Below, piece by piece: positions 1 through 6,402 of a stretch of DNA of 11,199 bases. The notes beneath the pieces were generated by a model that was given only the letters and a program-made list of their open reading frames with translations, searched no databases and was not told the origin of the DNA. The DNA is from Candidatus Krumholzibacteriia bacterium. Its GTDB lineage: Bacteria > Krumholzibacteriota > Krumholzibacteriia > WVZY01. Within the stretch, counting starts at the first letter, position 1, and each line of letters starts with the position of its first letter. The DNA is taken from contig JAZGDW010000244.1 of the NCBI GenBank assembly GCA_036478295.1, positions 1-11,199 on the forward strand, in the 5' to 3' direction. A program made the translations under genes and the position numbers.

Positions 1-1689
1 ACCGGAACCGCCACCAACAGCCCCGATGTCATCGGCAGTGTAAACGGTGTTTCCATAACACGGTCTCAGTACCAGCTGGCGTACCAGCAGATCGCTGAGC
101 AGTTCCGCTCTGCTTCCCCAGACCGGACTCTCAGCTACGCACAAGAACAATTCATCGGCACGCAGACGTGGGACAACCTCGTCTACGCCATCCTCACCGA
201 CCTGGAGATCAGCAGGCTCGGCATCACGGTGACGGATCAGGAAATCGTTGCTTATCTGAGGACATCCCCGCCACCGGAAATCCGCCAGTATTTTCTGGAC
301 GAGCAGGGGAATTTCGACGACAACCGTTACCAGGCCGAACTCAACAATCCGGCCAACGACTGGACCAACCTCGAGCAGCTCGCGCGCGAGCGCATTCCTC
401 GCCTCAAACTCAATGGTTATCTCTCCGCGCAGGTTCACGTAAGCGAGGAGGAGATCCGGCATGCCTACAACGGTGAAGCCGTTGAACTGACGCTGGAGTA
501 CGTGACGTTTTCAGTGCAGGAGGCGGACGGCGGCGATTTTGAGCCCGAGGAAGAAGCGATCGAGGAATACTACCGCACCCACGCGGATGAGTTCCAGGAG
601 CCAGACAAGGCACGTCTCCAGGTTGTACGTATTCCCCTCAAACCGAGCAATAGGGACTTCGAGGACGCAGCGTTTACCGCTCGGCACGTGGTCGAAAAGC
701 TGCGGGCGGGCGGAGATTTCGCGGACCTGGCCAAGACGTTTTCCGATGCCCCGACGGCGTTCGCCGACGGCAACACGGGGTTTATCGGCCGGGATCAACG
801 GGATGGCCCGTACTTCGATGCGCTGGACGGCATGGCCAGCGGTGATATCAGCGACGCCGTGCTCACGGAATCGGGCTACTACGTTCTGAAGTTTCTCGCA
901 AAGAGGACGGGAGAGTCGGGCGAACCCGAATACGACGTGCAGGAAATCATGGTGAAGACGGTTCTCAGCCGCCAGACGGTGGATTCGCTCTTTGGCCTCG
1001 CCGACGACGTGCGCCAGCGCGCGCAGGATGCGGACTTGCAGGCGGCCGCCCAAGAGAGACAGCTCGAGACCTTTGCGACGGAGCCGTTTTCCGAAGGCAC
1101 CCCCGTAGGCGCTCTGGGTTTCGTGCCGGCGCTAAGCGACTTTGCGCTCGGCGGCGAAGTGGGTTCACTGAGCAATGTCCTGCGCGATGAGACCAACATC
1201 TACCTGGCACGGATTGTCGAGCACCTGCCGGCGGCGACGACGCCGCTCGCCGACGTGCGTGACGTCGTTCGCAACCAGTTGATCTACAACAGAAAGAAAA
1301 GCGTCGCCGAGATAGGCGCTCGCGCGTTTTTTCAAAAGGCCCGCGCGACCGATTTCAAGACTTCGGCGGAAACCTACGGGGTGGCGGTGAACAAACCGGA
1401 GCCGTTCCGGGCGCAGGAGAATCTGGACGATTTCGGACCCAATAGCAACCTTGCGGAGGCCGCGCTGGCCGTGGCGCCCGGCGAGGTAGTCCCACCCATC
1501 GAGGTCGGGGGGTCGCTGGTGGTTTTTCACCTGATCCAGCGCTCCGACATCGACCCTGAAGATTACAAGGAAAGAATCCCCGTGCTCAGGGACCTGATTC
1601 GCAATCAAAAGGTCCAGAACTACGTCGGCGAGTGGTACGAGTCTCTCAAGACGGCGAGTAAGATCGAGGACTACAGGAGCCAGAGCTAG
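1..1689 (+). CDS. PpiD/SurA-family periplasmic chaperone / parvulin-type peptidyl-prolyl isomerase (5'-partial)
   Basis: Frame 1 is open from base 1 (TGTATNSPDVIGSVNGVSITRSQYQ...), so the ORF-track GTG at 229 is internal. It has a SurA-N-like segment (VIGSVNGVSIT, LGITVTDQEI, VSEEEIRHAY) and a parvulin-like segment (DFADLAKTFSD...GNTGFI...GDISDAVLTESGYYVLK). The C-terminal LKTASKIEDYR is typical of PpiD-like proteins. TAG at 1687-1689. Confidence 0.85.
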   Translation, partial: TGTATNSPDVIGSVNGVSITRSQYQLAYQQIAEQFRSASPDRTLSYAQEQFIGTQTWDNLVYAILTDLEISRLGITVTDQEIVAYLRTSPPPEIRQYFLDEQGNFDDNRYQAELNNPANDWTNLEQLARERIPRLKLNGYLSAQVHVSEEEIRHAYNGEAVELTLEYVTFSVQEADGGDFEPEEEAIEEYYRTHADEFQEPDKARLQVVRIPLKPSNRDFEDAAFTARHVVEKLRAGGDFADLAKTFSDAPTAFADGNTGFIGRDQRDGPYFDALDGMASGDISDAVLTESGYYVLKFLAKRTGESGEPEYDVQEIMVKTVLSRQTVDSLFGLADDVRQRAQDADLQAAAQERQLETFATEPFSEGTPVGALGFVPALSDFALGGEVGSLSNVLRDETNIYLARIVEHLPAATTPLADVRDVVRNQLIYNRKKSVAEIGARAFFQKARATDFKTSAETYGVAVNKPEPFRAQENLDDFGPNSNLAEAALAVAPGEVVPPIEVGGSLVVFHLIQRSDIDPEDYKERIPVLRDLIRNQKVQNYVGEWYESLKTASKIEDYRSQS

Positions 1690-1709
1690 AACGCGCACGC
1701 CGTGCGGGG

Positions 1710-1916
1710 CTAGCCCTTATTATCTTTCTCATCATCGCCCATCCCGATTTCATCCTGGACTTCGCGCGAGGCCTTCTTGAACTTCTGAATCGACTTTCCA
1801 AAGGCTTCTGCAACTTCGGGCAGTTTTCGCGGTCCGAAGATGATGAGAATGATAAAGAATATGATAAGGAGCTCCGACCATCCCAGGGGACCGATCAAAG
1901 CAAAGAGCGACATCAT
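1710..1916 (-). CDS. tatA: Twin-arginine translocase subunit TatA/TatE
   Basis: 68 aa: GWSELLIIFFIILIIFGPRKLPEVAEAFGKSIQKFKKA, i.e. TM helix, FG hinge, amphipathic helix and acidic tail. RBS AAAGGA at 1930-1925, 8 nt before the ATG at 1916. Confidence 0.95.
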   Translation of the reverse strand: MMSLFALIGPLGWSELLIIFFIILIIFGPRKLPEVAEAFGKSIQKFKKASREVQDEIGMGDDEKDNKG

Positions 1917-1931
1917 TCGATGATTCCTTTC

Positions 1932-2204
1932 CTACCAGTACCAGCGTAACATCAGGGCCACAACGAATATCCCTACCGCGCTCATCAGATTCACTTTGAG
2001 CGAAAACCCAAACGTGAAACTGAAAACCACGAGGTCCAGGTGGAGAGGACCGACGTGAAGATCCGTTGCGTTCACGAATACGTCCCTGATGACCATTCCC
2101 TCCGGAAGCAGCAATCCGATAACCTCGCCCGTCACCGTGCCCACCACCACGCCGAGGAACAAGACCAAGGCTACTATGCCCAGCGCGCGCCTTCTGTACG
2201 CCAA
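1932..2204 (-). CDS. Small integral membrane protein, DUF4321-like
   Basis: 90 aa with two hydrophobic segments (LGVVVGTVTGEVIG; LDLVVFSFTFGFSLKVNLMSAVGI), a pattern I recognise as DUF4321. TTG start with AGGAGG at 2215-2210, 5 nt upstream. Confidence 0.75.
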   Translation of the reverse strand: MAYRRRALGIVALVLFLGVVVGTVTGEVIGLLLPEGMVIRDVFVNATDLHVGPLHLDLVVFSFTFGFSLKVNLMSAVGIFVVALMLRWYW

Positions 2205-2218
2205 CGTGACCTCCTGCC

Positions 2219-2247
2219 AGGATACGAAATAACGGCTGTTCGCACAA
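2219..2247 (-). promoter_or_regulatory. Candidate internal sigma70-type promoter for DUF4321-tatA
   Basis: TTGTGC (2247-2242) - 17 nt - TATCCT (2224-2219), inside a 50-bp intergenic gap. The -35 is weak and the -10 lies only 3 nt from the RBS. Confidence 0.25.
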
Positions 2248-2254
2248 CCCGCAA

Positions 2255-2695
2255 TCAGCGACTCAAACCGAGGTTCAACGACTGATAATCTGCACCAAGA
2301 ATCAGGGTCGCGTCAACGATAGAATCCTCCACCAGCGCTTCGATCAGGTTGTCGCAACCCAGCTTCTTGCCAAGCGCGCCCAGGTCACGGTTTTTCGTGC
2401 GGGCGATGAGGACGGATTCCCGGTAGTCAAAGCGTGGTGCGTTGCCGAACTCGAAAACATCGATCCGGGCCTTTCTCAGCACCGCCGCCGCCTTCGCCGC
2501 CAATCCCGGCTGCCCCGTGCCGTTGAGCACCTCGATGCGCAGTTCGCGCAACTCGCTGTCGGCGAAGGATTGCCGGATGCGGTAACCGTAGAACACCGAC
2601 AGGACACAAAGCATGAGCACCGCGCCTGTAAAAACCAGCAACAAGTCTTGCGCGTGGTTCCTTTGGTTCTTCTTTCTCTTTCTGCGTCGTGCCAA
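2255..2695 (-). CDS. Membrane-anchored stand-alone LytR C-terminal (LytR_C) domain protein
   Basis: Basic N-terminus (ARRRKRKK), one TM helix, then LRIEVLNGTGQPGLAAKAAAVLR...GNAPRFDYRESVLI...DATLILGADY, the LytR_C signature. Start moved from 2710 to TTG 2695 because GGGGGTG (2708-2702) lies 6 nt upstream of it. 146 aa. Confidence 0.85.
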   Translation of the reverse strand: MARRRKRKKNQRNHAQDLLLVFTGAVLMLCVLSVFYGYRIRQSFADSELRELRIEVLNGTGQPGLAAKAAAVLRKARIDVFEFGNAPRFDYRESVLIARTKNRDLGALGKKLGCDNLIEALVEDSIVDATLILGADYQSLNLGLSR

Positions 2696-2732
2696 ATCGA
2701 TCACCCCCAATGCTATGCGGTCGTTTTTTCCA

Positions 2733-3212
2733 CTAGCCCTTGAAATACGGCTTCAACCGTTTGTAGGTGTCCGCGAGATCCTCTGAAACGACGCGGGTCT
2801 CGGCCACCGCGGTCATGAAATTGGTGTCCCCATGCCACCGTGGCACGAGATGTACGTGCAGGTGACCCAGGATGCCGGCGCCAGCACTCCTCCCGACGTT
2901 GACGCCCACGTTGATGCCGCCCGGCTGGTAGGAATCGAAGATCGCCTTCTCACCAAGCGATATGAGCCCCATCAGTTCGGCGCTCTCGTCCGGCGAGAGA
3001 TCGGCGAAGTGATCGACGTGCCGGTTGCACACCACCATAATGTGACCGTTCGAATAAGGATAGATGTTGACGATGACAAAACAGTGTCGTCCCCGGTGGA
3101 GAATCCAGTTCTTTTCATCGTCACCATCTCCGGGGAGTTTGCAAAAAAGGCACTCGCCGCTCTTGCTACTGCTCAAGTATTCGGCCCTCCACGGTGCGTA
3201 AATTCTCTCCAC
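2733..3212 (-). CDS. HIT-family nucleotide hydrolase/transferase (Ap4A phosphorylase/FHIT-like subgroup)
   Basis: Histidine triad HLHVHLVPRW, Zn-site CLFC, NIYPYSNGHIMV, N-terminal YAPWR and C-terminal GDTNFM. GTG start 2 nt after the glmU-like stop, with AAGGG at 3223-3219 as RBS. Confidence 0.9.
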   Translation of the reverse strand: MERIYAPWRAEYLSSSKSGECLFCKLPGDGDDEKNWILHRGRHCFVIVNIYPYSNGHIMVVCNRHVDHFADLSPDESAELMGLISLGEKAIFDSYQPGGINVGVNVGRSAGAGILGHLHVHLVPRWHGDTNFMTAVAETRVVSEDLADTYKRLKPYFKG

Positions 3213-3214
3213 GA

Positions 3215-3943
3215 TTAACCCTTGATGTAGTTTCGAATGCTTTCCAGCTCATCGTCGGTGTTGATGCCGGCCACCTCCCACGCGTCGGCCACGCAATAGG
3301 CCCCCACCCGCTCTCCCTTCCCTTTGAGCACACCGATGATCTCGGTCAAATAGTACTCGTTCTGCGCGTTTTCCCTGCTGGTGGATGCGAGTCCGTCGAA
3401 CAATTTCACCTTATCGAAGCAAAACAGCCCCGAATTTATTTCCCTGATCTTTCGCGTGCCGCCGTCGGCGTCCTTCTCCTCGACGATTTCCACCAGCGCC
3501 CCGGCCGCGTCCCGCAGGATACGTCCGTAACCGCTCGGATCCTCCACCTTGGCCGTCAAGACCGTCGCCGCGGCCCCCTCCCCCGCGTGAAAATCGCAGA
3601 ATCTGCGGATGGTCGCAGCGCGCAGGCACGGCACGTCGCCGTTCAACACGATCACGGTGCCGTCGAAACCGGCAAGCGCCTCTTCGCACTGGGAGACGGC
3701 GTGCCCGGTCCCCAGCTGCTCCTCCTGCAGGACAAACGCAACACCCATCCCCCCGAGTTTCTTGACCACGTCCTCCGCACGGTACCCTACCACCAATAGA
3801 ATCCGCTCCTCGCACAGCTCCCGGACCGCGTCGATCACGTAAGCGACCATGGGCCGGCCTTCGATTTCATGGAGCACTTTGGGCAAGTCCGTGCTCATTC
3901 GTGTGCCCTTGCCCGCGGCGAGTATCACCGATGTGTAGATCAT
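3215..3943 (-). CDS. glmU: GlmU-like GlcNAc-1-phosphate uridyltransferase, N-terminal domain only (no acetyltransferase beta-helix)
   Basis: ILAAGKGTRM..LPKVLH, QLGTGHAV, GDVP, GYGRI, IVEEKDA, EINSG, NAQNEYYLT and GIN are all GlmU uridyltransferase motifs. The gene stops at 242 aa. ATG 3943 is preferred over GTG 3961 because AGGGG (3954-3950) lies 6 nt upstream. Confidence 0.85.
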   Translation of the reverse strand: MIYTSVILAAGKGTRMSTDLPKVLHEIEGRPMVAYVIDAVRELCEERILLVVGYRAEDVVKKLGGMGVAFVLQEEQLGTGHAVSQCEEALAGFDGTVIVLNGDVPCLRAATIRRFCDFHAGEGAAATVLTAKVEDPSGYGRILRDAAGALVEIVEEKDADGGTRKIREINSGLFCFDKVKLFDGLASTSRENAQNEYYLTEIIGVLKGKGERVGAYCVADAWEVAGINTDDELESIRNYIKG

Positions 3944-3959
3944 TCGCTGCCCCTGATTC

Positions 3960-3989
3960 ACCCTAGCGCAAAGCGCCGCCTGCTGGCAA
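3960..3989 (-). promoter_or_regulatory. Candidate internal sigma70-type promoter for the glmU-like sub-operon
   Basis: TTGCCA (3989-3984) - 18 nt - TAGGGT (3965-3960), in the largest intra-operon gap (53 bp between the panC stop and ATG 3943). Confidence 0.3.
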
Positions 3990-3996
3990 CCGTTGA

Positions 3997-4878
3997 CTAG
4001 AAGAGAGAATCCTCGACGACACCCCCGTCCAGGTCGACCCGAAGCACCAGGTTATCGATCAGGCGTGTACGGCCAACCCGGCCGGCGACGGCCAAAATCA
4101 CTTTGCCACGCGCGCGTACCAACGGCCTAAGTTCTGTGGTATCAAGTAGTTCTATATATTCGACCTCGACGGCACCATCGCGCTCCAGGCGCTCACGTAC
4201 GGCGCTGCAGACTTCCCGCGGATCGCGCTCCCCGGCGGCGAGGATCTGTTTCCCCGCGAGAAGCCCCTGGTAGATACCTGCCGCGCGCTCGCGCTCCCCG
4301 GGCGCGAGATCCCGGTTGCGTGAGCTGCAAGCCAGGCCATCGTCCTCGCGGATCACCGGGCACAACACGACGTCGATGTTCAGGCCGAGCTGCGTGACCA
4401 TTTCGCGGATTACCAGCGCCTGTTGGGCGTCCTTCTGACCGAACACCGCCACGTTCGGCTCGACAACATCAAAGAGCTTGCGCACGACCGTGCACACACC
4501 CCGAAAATGTCCTTCCCTCGTCGCCCCGCACAGCGGTTCAGCGAGATCTCCCGGCTGCACCCATAAAACGTGTTCTTCGGGATACATGTCGTGCACCTGC
4601 GGGGCGAACACGATGTCGCAGCCCAGTTGCCGGCACAGCGAAAAGTCGTCCTCGAGGGTCACCCGGTAGCTCTCGAAGTCCTCACCGGGACCGAACTGTG
4701 TGGGATTGACAAAAATCGACACGACCAGTACGTCGCCGTGTTTCCGGCCCAGTTCTATGCACGCTCGGTGCCCGTCGTGCAGCGCGCCCATAGTAGGGAC
4801 GAGGACAACGGACTTGCCTTGAGCCTTCGAACGCCTGATGGTCCCGCGCAGCGGCTGGTTCGTACGAATCGTTTCCAT
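3997..4878 (-). CDS. panC: Pantoate--beta-alanine ligase (pantothenate synthetase)
   Basis: VPTMGALHDGH (HIGH-type motif), VSIFVNPTQF, GHFRGV, FGQKDAQQ, SSRN and TRLIDN. Directly downstream of panB. Confidence 0.96.
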   Translation of the reverse strand: METIRTNQPLRGTIRRSKAQGKSVVLVPTMGALHDGHRACIELGRKHGDVLVVSIFVNPTQFGPGEDFESYRVTLEDDFSLCRQLGCDIVFAPQVHDMYPEEHVLWVQPGDLAEPLCGATREGHFRGVCTVVRKLFDVVEPNVAVFGQKDAQQALVIREMVTQLGLNIDVVLCPVIREDDGLACSSRNRDLAPGERERAAGIYQGLLAGKQILAAGERDPREVCSAVRERLERDGAVEVEYIELLDTTELRPLVRARGKVILAVAGRVGRTRLIDNLVLRVDLDGGVVEDSLF

Positions 4879-4899
4879 GGAGTCTTGTCGAACGGCGGG

Positions 4900-5709
4900 T
4901 CAAGAGTAGCTGTGTTCGCTGTCGGGGAACTTCCCCGCCTTCACGTCGTCCACGAATTCAGCAAACGCCCGGCTCATGTCACGCCCTAATTCGGCGTAGT
5001 GCTTTACGAATCGGGGTGAAAAGTCTTCCATGACGCCAAGGAGATCGTTGACGACCAGTACTTGACCGTCACAGCGGCAGCCCGCCCCAATGCCGATGGT
5101 GGGGATCTTCAGGGAATCAGTAATCTTACCGGCCAGGTCCAGGGGGATCCCTTCGAGCACGATGCTGAAACACCCTATCTCCTCGAGGAATTTCGCGTCA
5201 TCCATTAGCTTCTCCGCGCTCTCGGGATCCTTGCCCTGCACGCGGTAGCCACCCAGGCGGTGGAGCGACTGAGGTGTGAGGCCGAGATGTCCCATCACGG
5301 GGATGTCCGCGTCGAGGATTGCCTGGATGAAGGTGCCCAATCGGCGCCCGCCCTCCAGTTTCACCGCTTCGGCTCCGCCCTCTTTGAGCATCCGTCCCGC
5401 GTTTCTCACTGCGTCCTCGACACTGGCCTGGTAGCTCATGAAGGGAAGGTCGCCTACCAGCAGCGCCCGCGGCCTGGCGCGGCTGACGGCTTTGAGATGG
5501 TGGATGATTTCTTCCAGCGTGACCGGCAGCGTATTCTCGTACCCGAGCACCACCATGCCCAGACTGTCACCGACCAGAATAATCTCGACACCGGCGCGGT
5601 CCTCGAGCACCGCCGTCTGGTAATCGTACGCGGTCAACATCACGACCTTCTCGCCGGCCGCCTTCATGTCCACAATTGTTCGCACGGTTATCTTGTTGCG
5701 CCTGCCCAT
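4900..5709 (-). CDS. panB: 3-methyl-2-oxobutanoate hydroxymethyltransferase
   Basis: MLTAYD, ILVGDSLG, DLPFMSY, VKLEGG, GHLGLTPQS and IGIGAG..CDGQVLV. ATG 5709 is preferred: it overlaps the kinase TGA (TGATG) and has GGGAG (5719-5715) 5 nt upstream. Confidence 0.97.
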   Translation of the reverse strand: MGRRNKITVRTIVDMKAAGEKVVMLTAYDYQTAVLEDRAGVEIILVGDSLGMVVLGYENTLPVTLEEIIHHLKAVSRARPRALLVGDLPFMSYQASVEDAVRNAGRMLKEGGAEAVKLEGGRRLGTFIQAILDADIPVMGHLGLTPQSLHRLGGYRVQGKDPESAEKLMDDAKFLEEIGCFSIVLEGIPLDLAGKITDSLKIPTIGIGAGCRCDGQVLVVNDLLGVMEDFSPRFVKHYAELGRDMSRAFAEFVDDVKAGKFPDSEHSYS

Positions 5710-6380
5710 CACGTCTCCCATGTGGGTACGTAAAGCTCCGTCCCCTTTACCGGTTCGGCAATCCTCGCCACGAGATCCTCGAAGTGCTCCTCATTGTTGA
5801 CAAAGTCCATGGAATCCGTATTCACGACCAGCAGGGGGGTTTCCGAATAATTGAAAAAGAAATGATTGAACGCCTGATTCAGTGTTTCCAGGTAGTCCTT
5901 CGAAATGCTCCTCTCAACGGGCTTGCCGCGCAGTTGAATCCGATCGTAGAGTACGCCGCTCGCGGCCTGCAGGTAGATGACGACGTCCGGCCTCACGAGT
6001 TTTTTTTCGAGTTCGGACGCGATACGGTTGTACAAGCCCAACTCGTCATCACTCAGGTTCACGTTGGCAAAGATCCTGTCGCGCGCGAAAATGTAATCGA
6101 TTATGGTCAGTGACTCGAAAAGCCCTCTCTGTCCCAGCGACAACTGCTCCTTGTACCGGTTCATGAGGAATACCAGCTGGGTCTGGAAGGCGTACGCCCC
6201 CATGTCCTCGTAAAAGCGCTCGAGAAACGGGTTGTCGTCGACCTTCTCCTCGATCAACCGACCGCCCAGGTGACGCGCTAGCAACCTCCCCAACGAAGTC
6301 TTGCCGACGCCGATGCTCCCGTCCACGGCGATTATCGAAACGCCGCTGTCCGCGAGTTTCTGCCTGTACTTATTATACAT
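5709..6380 (-). CDS. Deoxynucleoside kinase family protein (dGK-like, DY subtype)
   Basis: P-loop IAVDGSIGVGKTSL, NPFLERFY, AFQTQLVFLMNRY, DYIF, PDVVIYLQA, lid RIQLRGKPVE and YLETLNQAF. It sits in the widely conserved folK-kinase-panB position. Confidence 0.9.
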   Translation of the reverse strand: MYNKYRQKLADSGVSIIAVDGSIGVGKTSLGRLLARHLGGRLIEEKVDDNPFLERFYEDMGAYAFQTQLVFLMNRYKEQLSLGQRGLFESLTIIDYIFARDRIFANVNLSDDELGLYNRIASELEKKLVRPDVVIYLQAASGVLYDRIQLRGKPVERSISKDYLETLNQAFNHFFFNYSETPLLVVNTDSMDFVNNEEHFEDLVARIAEPVKGTELYVPTWET

Positions 6381-6402
6381 GATTCGTGACCTTGTAGAGA
6401 GG

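Noticed and set aside
3000..3230. glmU as a pseudogene or frameshifted full-length gene
   Set aside because: The stop is clean, the downstream DNA encodes an intact HIT protein with its RBS inside the last glmU codons, and no hexapeptide repeats appear in the listed ORFs.
3194..3799. 201-aa + strand ORF and the other antisense or alternate-frame ORFs (e.g. 511-1053, 1165-1698, 1750-2247, 5260-5733, 10316-10846)
   Set aside because: All overlap well-supported genes and show no family motifs, as expected from GC-rich codon bias.
6372..6377. Perfect TATAAT on the minus strand
   Set aside because: It is codons 2-3 (Tyr-Asn) of the kinase gene. There is no -35 or extended -10, and no alternative start codon before the P-loop strand.
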